From: Patescibacteria group bacterium
GTDB lineage: Bacteria > Patescibacteriota > UBA1384 > XYA2-FULL-43-10
Direction: 5' to 3'
DNA: 64,000 bases
Assembly: GCA_041674405.1 (NCBI GenBank)
Contig: JBAYVT010000002.1
Coordinates: 23,158 to 87,157, forward strand
This document shows, piece after piece, positions 40,646 to 50,710 of this stretch. The position numbers were made by a program, and so were the translations under genes. Every line of letters begins with the position of its first letter. The stretch's first letter is position 1. The notes beneath the pieces are model-generated. The model did no database searches, was not told the origin of the DNA, and saw only the letters and a program-made list of their open reading frames with translations.

Positions 40646-41875
40646 TTATTGTGATTGCTGAAGTACTACCTTCACATCTTTTTCATCACCCTTAGAGAGA
40701 ATACGAAGTGTAATCGTGTCTCCGATTTTGTATTGCTGGATAAGGTTTACAAGGCTATGATCAACATCAACTTTTTCTCCGTTTATCTCTAGAATAATAT
40801 CGTTTTCAACAATTCCTGCTTTATCTGCCGGCGATCCTGGCACAACAGCAACTTGTCCAAGGCCATTACCCCGAATTACGAGTGCCCCATAATCAACGGA
40901 CAAATTATTCTGTTGTGCAATATCTTTGGTAATTTGAATATATCTTACTCCAAGATACGGACGAACAATTTTTCCGGTAGCCTTGATGCTGTCGATAGCC
41001 GTTTTTGCTACATTGATCGGAATAGCAAAACCGATTCCTTGTGCATTTGATGCTACCGCCGTATTTATTCCGATAACCTGGCCAGCCAAATTGACTAACG
41101 GCCCACCAGAATTTCCGGGGTTAATCGCGGCATCGGTTTGTAAAAGCCCGGTTAAATCTTCAGATGTCGTTCCCGTGGAATCTGATGCCTGAACTGATCG
41201 ATTTACTCCCGAAATTACCCCTTGGGTAACAGTATTCTGATATTGCCCCAGAGCATTTCCTACCGCTACAACCCATTGCCCAACAACCAATTGGTCCGAG
41301 TCGCCAAGTTCCACTACCGGCAAATTATTAGCGTCGATTTTGACTACAGCCAAATCCTGCGTAGGATCGAGTGATTGAACTGTTGCGTCAAATGATCTAC
41401 CATCGGCCAGAACAACGGTGTATTGGGTATTGGTATCAGAAACGACATGCTTATTAGTGAGAATCAATCCGTCATTCGTGATGATGAAGCCCGTTCCGGC
41501 GCCCTGTGATTGAACAGTTTGGCCAAATAAATTCTGATAAGTTGATTTAGATACGATTGAAACCACCGAAGGAGAGACCTTTTTGCTCGCATCGATCACC
41601 GCATTGGATTCCTGTAGTACTAATTTCTGGGTGGTGGTTGTTCCAATTGATAGATTGCCAACATTTTTTACCCCAAGCTTGTTGGCGATTGCGCCATTGT
41701 TTGTAAATAATACAACGATTGCAAACATGCCTCCTATTATTCCCAAAACAAACGCTGTGATTACAACAAATACTGATAAAACAAGGGCCTTGCTTTTTCT
41801 TTTGGGTGTAACACTTGGCATTTCCGGGCTACCAAAATTGCTATCTTCTATTTTTATTTCTTGAGGAGACATCAA
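40646..41875 (-). CDS. htrA: HtrA/DegP-family serine protease with a C-terminal PDZ
   Basis: GTGFIITNDGLILTNKHVV (His), D, GNSGGPLVN (Ser), N-terminal TM. Confidence 0.85.
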   Translation of the reverse strand: MMSPQEIKIEDSNFGSPEMPSVTPKRKSKALVLSVFVVITAFVLGIIGGMFAIVVLFTNNGAIANKLGVKNVGNLSIGTTTTQKLVLQESNAVIDASKKVSPSVVSIVSKSTYQNLFGQTVQSQGAGTGFIITNDGLILTNKHVVSDTNTQYTVVLADGRSFDATVQSLDPTQDLAVVKIDANNLPVVELGDSDQLVVGQWVVAVGNALGQYQNTVTQGVISGVNRSVQASDSTGTTSEDLTGLLQTDAAINPGNSGGPLVNLAGQVIGINTAVASNAQGIGFAIPINVAKTAIDSIKATGKIVRPYLGVRYIQITKDIAQQNNLSVDYGALVIRGNGLGQVAVVPGSPADKAGIVENDIILEINGEKVDVDHSLVNLIQQYKIGDTITLRILSKGDEKDVKVVLQQSQ

Positions 41876-41984
41876 TCCTCCATACTTAATTCTATATACA
41901 AACTAAAATTATACTTTAGATATTCAGTAAGTTCAATGTACGATTAAATTCTACCCCTAATATACTGAGAATTCCCTTAAAAAA

Positions 41985-42548
41985 TTAAGAGCTTTTGCGA
42001 ATAAAATTTTTAAGCTTTAACTCATCATCTTTAAGCTCACGCTCTAGTACCACCCAGCCATTTTTATCCAGATTCACATTTGGCACGATATGCAACTTTC
42101 CGTCATCTGCAACAATCCGGACCTTTCTTATGTCAACTTTTTGAATCACGCCTTCGACATCACCGGTCTTAACCCTGAATCCAACCTCAAAATCTTCATC
42201 TTTAGCTAAAAAGACGCCGGAAATAATATCCGAAGTCAAGGTTGTGGCACCATTCGCCAAAGCTAAACCAAGAACTAGAAGCGATCCTGAGATGGTGATT
42301 GCGATTGAAGTAAAACCAAGCGCTCTTGCCATTTCTCCAAATAATAATACCCAGAATATAATTGTTAGCATCGAAATAATTATTCCGGATAATGCTTTTG
42401 GCACCTTAGTATATTTCAAAGTGTTTTTTAAAACCGAAAGCACAATGCGTATAATTATGTAACCTATTACCAAGCCAAGCACTACAAAAGGAAGCTTGGG
42501 CAGATAATTCAAGATGGGATCCCAAAATCTCGTAACGATATAATTCAT
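41985..42548 (-). CDS. Small mechanosensitive channel MscS-like protein
   Basis: Three TM helices, then GDVEGVIQKVDIRKVRIVADDGKLHIVPNVNL beta-domain. Confidence 0.6.
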   Translation of the reverse strand: MNYIVTRFWDPILNYLPKLPFVVLGLVIGYIIIRIVLSVLKNTLKYTKVPKALSGIIISMLTIIFWVLLFGEMARALGFTSIAITISGSLLVLGLALANGATTLTSDIISGVFLAKDEDFEVGFRVKTGDVEGVIQKVDIRKVRIVADDGKLHIVPNVNLDKNGWVVLERELKDDELKLKNFIRKSS

Positions 42549-43960
42549 TTGCTCTCCAATCTCTCAGTAATTAATTTATTTATGATCTGCGGATTGGCTT
42601 TTCCACCCATTTCGCGCATAACAAGACCAACAAAAAAACCTAAAAGTTTTTTCTCACCAGTTCGATATCGCTCAGCCTCGGCCGGATTCTCTGAAATTAT
42701 CTTGTCAACAATTTTTCCAACTGAGTCTTCGTCGGAAACTTGTTCGAGGCCTTCGGCCTTAATAATTTCAGCTGCAGTTGTACCGCTTTCAACCATTTTA
42801 GAGAAAATGTTCTTTGCAGTGTTGTACGAAATTTTTCCTGATTTTATAAAAGAAAGAAGGTCACCAAGATGTGTTATTGGAACCCGTTTTTTGTACTCTT
42901 CATATGTGAGCTTTTTGTTGGCAATTTCCCGGCTGACTTCTTCGGTCACCCAGAGAGCCAATGCTTTTTCTAATTTTTCCGCATCCTTAAGATAAGTCGC
43001 ATGATCAATATTTGAGACAATTTTATCAGCAATGTTTTCTGGAATTTCAGATTCATTAAGATGTGCTTTGAGTGTTGCGGGTGTATGCCCAATAGATTTT
43101 TTAATTGTTTCAACCGCATCGTTCGGGGTTTTGACCGGTGGTAAATCAGGTTCTGGAAAATATCGATAGTCGGCAGCTTCCTCTTTGCGGCGTTGTTCGA
43201 AAGTAATATCTTTTTTGCTGTCATAACCTCGAGTGATCTTCGATTTTTTTTCCGGCCAATTTTGGTAATCGTCTTCCAATCTTTTTGCTTCGATCAGAAG
43301 CGCCCTTTCAATAAATTTGAACGAATTAATATTCTTGAGTTCAACTATTGGCGACATCTTTCCATTTTCATCCTTCACATCAATATTGGCATCGCAGCGC
43401 AAATGTCCCTTTTCCATCGATGCCTCGGAAACTCCGAGATATTTTACGAGAAGAACAAGTTCCTGCAAAAATTTTTTTGCTTCCGCCGGCGAGGTAATGT
43501 CCGGCTCGGTCACTATTTCCATAAGGGGTGTGCCGGCGCGGTTAAGGTCAACATAACTTGCACCATTTTTATGTATTAATTTGCCGGCATCTTCCTCGAG
43601 ATGAATGCGGTTTAATCTAATTTTGTGCCCGTCAATTTCAAGATGTCCCCCAATGCAAAAAGGTTGATCGTACTGGCTAACCTGAAAACCTTTTGGCAAA
43701 TCCGGGTAGAAATAGTGTTTTCGGTCAAATTTTGAAAGGGGATTGATTTTGCAATTCATAGCCAGGCCAGTCTTGATAGTCCACTCTATTGCTTGCTTAT
43801 TCGCAACAGGCAACGCGCCTGGCATGCCAAGGCAGACTGGACAAACATTGGAGTTTGGCTCGGCAGATTCCGAATTATTGTCACATTCACAGAACATTTT
43901 GCTTTTCGTCGCAAGCTGTACATGAATTTCTAATCCGATTGTAGTTTTAAACTTAGGCAT
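42545..43960 (-). CDS. gatB: Asp/Glu-tRNA amidotransferase subunit B
   Basis: MPKFKTTIGLEIHVQL..., C-terminal YqeY-like domain. Confidence 0.9.
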   Translation of the reverse strand: MPKFKTTIGLEIHVQLATKSKMFCECDNNSESAEPNSNVCPVCLGMPGALPVANKQAIEWTIKTGLAMNCKINPLSKFDRKHYFYPDLPKGFQVSQYDQPFCIGGHLEIDGHKIRLNRIHLEEDAGKLIHKNGASYVDLNRAGTPLMEIVTEPDITSPAEAKKFLQELVLLVKYLGVSEASMEKGHLRCDANIDVKDENGKMSPIVELKNINSFKFIERALLIEAKRLEDDYQNWPEKKSKITRGYDSKKDITFEQRRKEEAADYRYFPEPDLPPVKTPNDAVETIKKSIGHTPATLKAHLNESEIPENIADKIVSNIDHATYLKDAEKLEKALALWVTEEVSREIANKKLTYEEYKKRVPITHLGDLLSFIKSGKISYNTAKNIFSKMVESGTTAAEIIKAEGLEQVSDEDSVGKIVDKIISENPAEAERYRTGEKKLLGFFVGLVMREMGGKANPQIINKLITERLESK

Positions 43961-44496
43961 TATCTTCCTTCGGAATCGTTAACATTATCTTCTTTGTATC
44001 GTGTCGCTTGTTCAGAACTGGTTCTCCAATCACCCTGTCCTGTGGTCACGGTCTTTGGTGTATCATGTTCACCAGCCAAATATCCGGGCAATGCATCTTC
44101 AACATGATCCCTTAAATAAGTGGCATTTCTCATATCTCTCCATGAATGGTAGTATTTTGGAATGATCCCTTGATTTATCACGGATGAGGCATAATTCAAA
44201 TATTGATCACTGGGCTTTAACTCAAGACTGGAAGCAAGATAGTCTTTCACCTGTTCGATGGAATTTGGGTCATAAGGGTCTAGTGAAGAAATACCAAGAA
44301 TATTTGAAATGATAATCAATCGGACCAATGGACTTGATTGCTCTAAACCGGCAATAATATCATCGATCGTTTTTTCTTCGTTTCTATGTAAATGTTCACG
44401 TATAATTTGCGGAAACTGATCTGAAAAAAGTGAGACCTTTTCAACAGCGTTTTCTGTTTCACCTGGAGGGATAGCTCCAATTCCTTCAGATTTCAT
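43960..44496 (-). CDS. Hypothetical protein
   Basis: 178 aa, no family recognised. Confidence 0.35.
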   Translation of the reverse strand: MKSEGIGAIPPGETENAVEKVSLFSDQFPQIIREHLHRNEEKTIDDIIAGLEQSSPLVRLIIISNILGISSLDPYDPNSIEQVKDYLASSLELKPSDQYLNYASSVINQGIIPKYYHSWRDMRNATYLRDHVEDALPGYLAGEHDTPKTVTTGQGDWRTSSEQATRYKEDNVNDSEGR

Positions 44497-44514
44497 TATG
44501 TAAACCTCATTAAA

Positions 44515-44961
44515 TTATATTTCCTGAATATAAGCTAAAAATTTTTGGGTGGCAGACACTAACGTTTGTCGCCCGATTTCTCCGTTGTCATGGGCAATCT
44601 GATTTCTTATTTTATGCGCGTACCATACTGATTCATATGTATTCCTATCCATAAATTTTTCCGCCGCGCGCAATCTGTCAGCAAACGTTTCCCCTTCACA
44701 ACCTTTCAATTTCAAAATGAAATCCACCAACTTGTCTGCTTCCAAAACCGCATGTTTTAGCTCAATTTTATTGTCCGAATTAGCAAGATCTAAAATTTCA
44801 TTTCTTTTTGTGCGGATATAATTTTTCTCCTCGTTTGAAATTCCCCGCTTGACTTTGCCTTTCTTTCGAAATGGCAAAGTAACAAGCCACCATAACCCAC
44901 GGAACAATCCTAAAACTATTACTTCCGGAACCGTTTGCTGATTTTTTTTATAATTTGCCAT
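44515..44961 (-). CDS. Hypothetical membrane-anchored protein with a C-terminal Rx4H (HEPN-like) motif
   Basis: N-terminal TM (VIVLGLFRGLWWLVTL). C-terminal HKIRNQIAHDNGEI. Confidence 0.35.
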   Translation of the reverse strand: MANYKKNQQTVPEVIVLGLFRGLWWLVTLPFRKKGKVKRGISNEEKNYIRTKRNEILDLANSDNKIELKHAVLEADKLVDFILKLKGCEGETFADRLRAAEKFMDRNTYESVWYAHKIRNQIAHDNGEIGRQTLVSATQKFLAYIQEI

Positions 44962-45626
44962 TATTTGATCTCTATCGAATTAATATAAACCGGACTCACG
45001 GGTTTATCATTCGAATCAGTAGCTACTTCGGAAATGCTTTTTACCACATCCATCCCGGATAATACTTCGCCGAAAACCGTATATTTTCCATCGAGCTGAG
45101 GCTGTGGTTGGTCAGAGACAATGAAAAACTGGCTTCCGTTCGTATTCGGGCCAGAGTTTGCCATCGCAAGCGTGCCGGCGACAATCTTGTGGTCATTAAT
45201 TTCATCATTAAATTCATATCCCGGCCCACCAGTTCCATCACCCTTTGGATCACCGCTTTGGATCATGAAGCTTTTAATCACTCGGTGAAACGTAAGACCA
45301 TCATAAAATTTTTGATCCGCCAATTTTTCGAAATTTGCGACAGTATTTGGCGCATCCTGATCATATAGTTTAAGATCAATATCACCGAGGGAAGTCGTAA
45401 TGAGTGCTTCGTGTCTAGCGGGCGGATTTAAAGTTGCATTTATTTTCCCGCCAACAAAAGGAAATACAATGATAAGCGCAACCGCAACCACATACACCCA
45501 AAAATCAATTCTGTGCCAAGGCTCAGACCATGGGTTACTTAAAAATCTCTTCTTTTTTACAAGTTCCTTCTTGTCTATTATCTCTTCAATTTTTTTCTCT
45601 TTTCTTATGCGAGCTTTTTTACCCAT
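44961..45626 (-). CDS. Cyclophilin-type peptidyl-prolyl isomerase, membrane-anchored
   Basis: [15 protein letters not shown]...GTGGPGY...FFI. The start is trimmed to MGKKARI to avoid overlapping the mazG-like gene. Confidence 0.75.
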   Translation of the reverse strand: MGKKARIRKEKKIEEIIDKKELVKKKRFLSNPWSEPWHRIDFWVYVVAVALIIVFPFVGGKINATLNPPARHEALITTSLGDIDLKLYDQDAPNTVANFEKLADQKFYDGLTFHRVIKSFMIQSGDPKGDGTGGPGYEFNDEINDHKIVAGTLAMANSGPNTNGSQFFIVSDQPQPQLDGKYTVFGEVLSGMDVVKSISEVATDSNDKPVSPVYINSIEIK

Positions 45627-45678
45627 CGGTTCCTTCAAAACAAATACTAATTTCTTAACTCTGGAAAAATGATCAGGA

Positions 45679-46014
45679 TTATTTTTGTAGCTTTTTACGC
45701 CTTGCTTTGATCTTCCCCATCTTCTTTTTAACTGATTCAAAAGCATCGATATCAATATTCTCGGCAATAAGTAAAGCAGTAATTATCACGTCGGCAATTT
45801 CACTGGAAATGTTATCTTTTTTATAATCAGACATTTTTTCACTGCGCTGCATATTCATTGACGACATAATTTCGTTGGATAATTCACCAACCTCTTCCAT
45901 CAATTTCACGGTTCGATTGAGTGTTCTGCGATCTTGGTCATAAATTGCGCCAATCTCACTAAGTGTTTTTTCATGCTCTTCCCTGATCAATTTTTGAATT
46001 TCTTCCGTATTCAT
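45679..46014 (-). CDS. MazG-like nucleotide pyrophosphohydrolase domain protein
   Basis: EEVGELSNE and [14 protein letters not shown] motifs. Confidence 0.55.
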   Translation of the reverse strand: MNTEEIQKLIREEHEKTLSEIGAIYDQDRRTLNRTVKLMEEVGELSNEIMSSMNMQRSEKMSDYKKDNISSEIADVIITALLIAENIDIDAFESVKKKMGKIKARRKKLQK

Positions 46015-47480
46015 AGTTTTGGCTTTTTAACATGATGATCTGTTGAATTTTCAAATGCACTGGCGACTTTAAAGATTTTACCTTCTCCATGCATTGGGCC
46101 GATTAGCTGCATACCGACCGGAAGGCCAGACTTGGTAAACCCGGCAGGTACGCTCATTGCCGGCACACCGGCAGGATTTATCGGCACGGTATTGGCATCG
46201 GCCAAATACATCGAGAGCGGATCATCCATCTTCTCCCCGATTTTGAAAGCCGGGAAAGGGGAGACCGGCGTTAAAAGAACATCATATTTTTGTAATACTT
46301 CCTCGTACTCTTTCTTGATTTTCGTTCGGACTTTAGCCGCCTTAAGATAATATGCATCGTAATAGCCAGAGGAGAGTGTATATGTACCCATCATAATCGA
46401 ACGCTTTGCTTCATCCCCAAATCCGGCTGTTCTGGAATTGAAATAGATTTCTTCCAAAGTTTTTAGTTTTTCGTTTTTAGTTTTTAGTTCGCTATAGCCA
46501 TAACGAATTCCATCATATCTGGAAAGATTTGATGATGCTTCAGATTTTGCGATTATATAGTATGTCGCAATCGCGTATTTAGTTGATGGCAATGATGTTT
46601 CCTCAACAATCGCACCCAATTTTTCTAGCTGGTGTTTCGCGTTTTCCAAAATTTCTGCTACCTCAGGATTTAATCCCTCACCATAAAACTCTTTTGGCAC
46701 GCCGATTTTTACCCCTTTCAAATTTTTAGCAAGATACGAGGTATAGTCGGGTAATGCTTCCTGTATCGTGGTTGAATCCTTCGGATCATTGCCGGCGATA
46801 TGATTTAAGATAATTGCCGCATCTTCGACGGTTTTGGCAATTGGTCCGATAGTATCAAAACTTGAAGCATAGCTTACCACTCCGTTTCTAGAGACTAGCC
46901 CATAGGTTACCTTAAGTCCGACTGTTGAGCAAAAGCTGGATGGCTGGCGTATTGAGCCTCCGGTATCGGTTCCTAGTGAAAAAACGCACTCGTCAGCAGC
47001 AACGGCAGCTGCCGATCCTCCCGACGAACCACCGGGAACTCGGTCCAAATCCCAGGGATTATGCGTCGGTCCAAAATACGAGGTTTCTGTCGATGAGCCC
47101 ATCGTAAATTCATCTGTATTCACTTTCCCGAGAAGTATACAACCGGCATCCTTAAGTTTTTTAACAACCGTTGCGTCGTGAGGAGGAATAAAATCTTCGA
47201 GTATTTTTGAGGCTGCAGTTGTCTTTATTCCCTTCGTTAAAAACACATCCTTGAGCGCTATCGGAATCCCGTCGAGTTCACTTAAAATTTTGCCAGCAGC
47301 TCTGCGCTTGTCAGACTCCTTCGCCTCATTGAGAGCGGATTCTTTTGTAATCGTAATATATGATTTTACTTTCGGTTCCACGCTTTCAATCCGTTCGAAA
47401 ATTGCTTCTGTTAATCTGGCTGAGGTGATTTCTCCGCTTGAAAGCTTGTCTATTGCCTGTTTTAGAGTTAAAGAATGCAT
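46011..47480 (-). CDS. gatA: Glu-tRNA(Gln) amidotransferase subunit A
   Basis: Amidase signature GGSSGGSAAAVAA. Confidence 0.9.
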   Translation of the reverse strand: MHSLTLKQAIDKLSSGEITSARLTEAIFERIESVEPKVKSYITITKESALNEAKESDKRRAAGKILSELDGIPIALKDVFLTKGIKTTAASKILEDFIPPHDATVVKKLKDAGCILLGKVNTDEFTMGSSTETSYFGPTHNPWDLDRVPGGSSGGSAAAVAADECVFSLGTDTGGSIRQPSSFCSTVGLKVTYGLVSRNGVVSYASSFDTIGPIAKTVEDAAIILNHIAGNDPKDSTTIQEALPDYTSYLAKNLKGVKIGVPKEFYGEGLNPEVAEILENAKHQLEKLGAIVEETSLPSTKYAIATYYIIAKSEASSNLSRYDGIRYGYSELKTKNEKLKTLEEIYFNSRTAGFGDEAKRSIMMGTYTLSSGYYDAYYLKAAKVRTKIKKEYEEVLQKYDVLLTPVSPFPAFKIGEKMDDPLSMYLADANTVPINPAGVPAMSVPAGFTKSGLPVGMQLIGPMHGEGKIFKVASAFENSTDHHVKKPKL

Positions 47481-47798
47481 TTAGATTTCCTCATCACCAT
47501 TAGCAAAAACGCCTGGAACTTTGAAAGATTTGGACTCAAATTCCGGTGCATTTAGCTCTATTTCGGCATATCCTATTTCCGATCTTTCAACTATGTCTTC
47601 GCGAGAAATATTGGTTAGTCCGGTAACCTGAGCAGTCGGTTCGACATTTTCCGTATTTACTTCGGACAGCTGGTCAACATATTCTAAAACGCTAGAGAGC
47701 TGTCGAGCAAACTTGTCTTTTTCCGGTTCGGAAAGATTCAGCCGTGCCAATTTGGCAATATATTCAACATCGGTTTTGGATAATTTCGCCATAAACAA
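47481..47798 (-). CDS. gatC: Glu-tRNA(Gln) amidotransferase subunit C
   Basis: IAKLARLNLSEPEKDKFARQLSSVLEYVDQL. Confidence 0.8.
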   Translation of the reverse strand: MFMAKLSKTDVEYIAKLARLNLSEPEKDKFARQLSSVLEYVDQLSEVNTENVEPTAQVTGLTNISREDIVERSEIGYAEIELNAPEFESKSFKVPGVFANGDEEI

Positions 47799-47874
47799 AA
47801 AAATATTAGCTCTTAGAAACCTAAACCGATCTTAGCACTATTCGTTTCTAGGTTCAAGCAACCAATTGCTATTT

Positions 47875-49254
47875 TTAAATCCTCTGGCAATCAAAAACAA
47901 CAGGATATTTATTATCAAAACAAGCTGAACAAAATCCTGTATTACCAGAAGCTCGATGTAGCCCATCTAGGCTCAAATAATGCACTCCCTCTACTCCGAG
48001 GTATTTTTCCAGTGCCGGCAAATCAAGTTTGGAGGCAATTAATTCCTCTTCTTTTGCCATATCAATGCCATAGTAACACGGGTGTTTTACTGGTGGGCTC
48101 GCTACAATTATTCGGATTTCCTTTGCACCGGCTTCGCGTACCATTTTTACGATTTCCTTAGATGTCGAGCCACGAACAATAGAATCATCAACCAGGCCAA
48201 CTCGCTTGCCATTGATTAATTTTTTTAACACATTTAATTTCAAACGTACTCCCGAGATCCTGACTGAACTTGAAGGATCAATAAAAAGACGTTTTGCTTG
48301 GGGTGTTTTAATGATTCCCCTGCCATATGAGACACCCGAGGCGCTGTGAAATCCAATTGCCGATGCGATTCCTGAGTCTGGAATTGGAACAATAATATCT
48401 AGCTTCTTTTTTAATATCTGATTTTCTTCAAATAAAATTTTCCCTAATTTATGGCGAAACATTTCATTCGGAGTACCGTTCAAAATACTATCCGGCCTTG
48501 ATAAATATATTTTCTCAAAAACACAAAAACTAACCTTACTTCCTCCATGCAAATATTTACTGGATATTATCTTTCCACTGGAGAAAACTAGCATAGTGCC
48601 CGCCCCAACCTCCTTTATATTTTTTGCACCCATTTGATCCAGAGCACAAGTTTCAGAAGCAAGCATAAAAATAGTTTCTTCGTTAGTTTTTGCCCTCCCA
48701 TAAAAAAGAGGCCTGATTCCTTTCGGATCACGTACAGCGATTAATTTTTTAGCGGTTAAAACAAGAAGAGAAAAGGATCCACAAATTCGATTACAAGTTT
48801 CAGCGACTGCTTGTTCAATAGTTTTTTCATTTGAATGCGCAATCAACGATGCAATTAATTCTGTGTCGCTATCTCCTGATAACTTAATTCGGCGGCTTAT
48901 CATTTCTTGGCGTAATTTAGAACTATCAATATTGCCGTTATGAACAACTGAAACATGATATTTTCCTCTTTTTTCAACTGGCTGGGCATTTTCTATAACT
49001 GATCCTCCGGTTGTCGAATAACGATTTTGCCCGACTGCAATATTGCCGGTAAGCGGAGTAATAGTTTCTTGGCGAAAAATTTCGCTTACCAGTCCTTGTT
49101 TTTTGTATGTCTTGATTCTTTTGCCGTTTGATACCGAAATTCCAGCAGATTCTTGTCCCCGGCCCTGAATACTCTGAAGACCAATAACAAGAAGGCTTGC
49201 CAACATGAATGAATCCTTATTTTTTTCGGATATCGCTCCAACTATTCCACACAT
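47875..49254 (-). CDS. purF: Amidophosphoribosyltransferase
   Basis: Ntn MCGIVGAI, RGQESAGI, GLVSEIF, C-terminal PRTase loop VGLVDDSIVRGSTS. Confidence 0.8.
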   Translation of the reverse strand: MCGIVGAISEKNKDSFMLASLLVIGLQSIQGRGQESAGISVSNGKRIKTYKKQGLVSEIFRQETITPLTGNIAVGQNRYSTTGGSVIENAQPVEKRGKYHVSVVHNGNIDSSKLRQEMISRRIKLSGDSDTELIASLIAHSNEKTIEQAVAETCNRICGSFSLLVLTAKKLIAVRDPKGIRPLFYGRAKTNEETIFMLASETCALDQMGAKNIKEVGAGTMLVFSSGKIISSKYLHGGSKVSFCVFEKIYLSRPDSILNGTPNEMFRHKLGKILFEENQILKKKLDIIVPIPDSGIASAIGFHSASGVSYGRGIIKTPQAKRLFIDPSSSVRISGVRLKLNVLKKLINGKRVGLVDDSIVRGSTSKEIVKMVREAGAKEIRIIVASPPVKHPCYYGIDMAKEEELIASKLDLPALEKYLGVEGVHYLSLDGLHRASGNTGFCSACFDNKYPVVFDCQRI

Positions 49255-49436
49255 GGTAATCCTTTTGTAATTAAAACTAAATCATCCCAATTTCATCTTA
49301 TATCTTTTACCCTGAAATACAAAAAATGCATTAAAATTTTGTGCACATTTTTTGTTCTCCTAGATGATTTGATATTTAAATCGGGAAAATTTGATTAAGG
49401 GAAGATATATATCCTAACCAAAATAAATCAGAGCGA

Positions 49437-49465
49437 TTGACAAAACTACCCTTATGTTATAATAT
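49437..49465 (+). promoter_or_regulatory. Strong sigma70-like promoter (TTGACA, 15-17 nt, TATAAT/TAATAT) upstream of the GC-rich ORF
   Basis: Read directly from the sequence. AT-rich, host-like. Confidence 0.5.
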
Positions 49466-49508
49466 TCCAAGTTGGACTCATACACCGACATACAGGCTAC
49501 AGGAGGAG

Positions 49509-50102
49509 ATGTTCGTGATCGACAAAGTTAGAGAGTTCAAACCATGGGAGAAGCCGAGGGCTGACGGGAAGCACAGCATCAGCTTCTTGATCGGGTTTCG
49601 TGCCGTACTTGCGATCCCGATCCAGCACTATGACGCCGTTCTCGGCGGTCTCTACTGCGTCGCCGTCCTCCTGCTTAGAGAGGATGGGGACCATGAGATC
49701 AGAGACCGGTCGAGCGGGCTCTTGGAAATCTTGGCAGGCCGAGAACAGGATAACCTGCCACTTTCCGATCCGGCCAAGCTCGAGATGTTGGTCGGGGTCC
49801 TGTCTTCGATCTCATCCAACTCGACCGCCTACCGGCTGTACAGGAACACGGCAACCCGCAGGGTCGTGATCGTCCGCGAGGAAGGCGAAATCGGCGAAGG
49901 GGCTACAGAGAAACCTGAGAAAAGACCAGCAGGCATCGCTGCCTGGTCCGTCGAAAGGTTCAATGAATGTCTCGCTCGTGGCCACCACCGGTTCGAGGGA
50001 CGCATTCTGGTGAACAACCGAGGGGGCCAGCCTTACGAGCTGATGGTGTGCACTGACTGCAGAGTCACGATCGCAGCGATGCAAGTGATCCCGGGCAAAT
50101 AG
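49509..50102 (+). CDS. GC-rich hypothetical protein 1 (about 197 aa), unrecognised family
   Basis: AGGAGG 8 nt before an in-frame GTG (2 nt before ATG). GC3 about 70%, with a normal-looking amino-acid composition. Alternative frames give S/R/P-rich junk. A hairpin follows the stop. Confidence 0.4.
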   Translation: MFVIDKVREFKPWEKPRADGKHSISFLIGFRAVLAIPIQHYDAVLGGLYCVAVLLLREDGDHEIRDRSSGLLEILAGREQDNLPLSDPAKLEMLVGVLSSISSNSTAYRLYRNTATRRVVIVREEGEIGEGATEKPEKRPAGIAAWSVERFNECLARGHHRFEGRILVNNRGGQPYELMVCTDCRVTIAAMQVIPGK

Positions 50103-50129
50103 CCCAAGAAGGAGGATAGAGCCGAGCGG

Positions 50130-50160
50130 CCCCGATTCAATTCGGGGTCGTTCTGCGTTT
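50130..50160 (+). terminator. Hairpin CCCCGA-ttcaat-TCGGGG followed by a T-containing tail, between the two GC-rich ORFs
   Basis: Read directly from the sequence. Confidence 0.3.
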
Positions 50161-50237
50161 TATCCACAGCAATATTTTTGACAGCGGTATATATCAAGTG
50201 GTAAGTCTAAAATAGATCGTATTACTTCCGCATCGGG

Positions 50238-50639
50238 GTGATTTTGATGGGAAGTTCGTCAGGTCGGCGTCGACGCCCGTCTTCGGTATGGAAGCAAGCA
50301 TACCGCGCGAATGGTAAAGCTCACAAGCTCACCAAGTCGGGCGAAGACGAGAAGGCTGCCGAGGCGTTTTACCAGAAGGTAGGCTGTGTCTGCGAGACAT
50401 CGCTTACCCCAGGCTTTACGCAATGGCAATGGGATCCTGTCGTAGAAGCCGTCTCGGTATCTCTAGCACACCCGCCGAAGAAAGAACGGCACAAGCGACT
50501 CCATGTTCCTCCAGACGTACTGGAGGAATACATCAGAGGGAACGGCTTTTCAAGCCGCGAAAGGAACTTCCTTCTGAAGCGCCTTCGGCAAGTACTTCGG
50601 TACCGAGAGAAAGGCGCTCCCCAACCTTACGTTCGGTAG
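50238..50639 (+). CDS. GC-rich hypothetical protein 2 (about 130 aa, basic, Arg-rich N-terminus)
   Basis: Preceded by an AT-rich promoter-like segment (TTGACA at about 50178). High GC3. No family recognised. Confidence 0.35.
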   Translation: MILMGSSSGRRRRPSSVWKQAYRANGKAHKLTKSGEDEKAAEAFYQKVGCVCETSLTPGFTQWQWDPVVEAVSVSLAHPPKKERHKRLHVPPDVLEEYIRGNGFSSRERNFLLKRLRQVLRYREKGAPQPYVR

Positions 50640-50671
50640 GCAACCCTACTCTATCAACCCCGCAGTAACCT

Positions 50672-50710
50672 CGCGCGGGCCATCCGTGGCTCGCGCGTTC
50701 CCCGTTTTTT
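50672..50710. terminator. Rho-independent terminator CGCGCGGGCC-atccgt-GGCTCGCGCG then TTCCCCGTTTTTT (bidirectional; also follows ligA)
   Basis: 10-bp GC stem with one mismatch, then a T run. Confidence 0.7.

Noticed and set aside
47799-47874. Imperfect inverted repeat between gatC and purF
   Set aside because: The arms do not match well when checked base by base.
49437-49508. Listed ORF start at 49437 for the first GC-rich gene
   Set aside because: The TTG is actually the -35 hexamer TTGACA. A proper SD followed by ATG/GTG lies at 49501-49517.
49497-50084. Several 60-90-aa ORFs in other frames or strands of the GC-rich cassette (49497..49694 -, 49600..49869 +, 49812..50084 -, 49829..50017 -)
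   Set aside because: Stop-codon paucity in GC-rich DNA creates long spurious ORFs. These translate to S/R/P/T-rich low-complexity strings, unlike the main frame.
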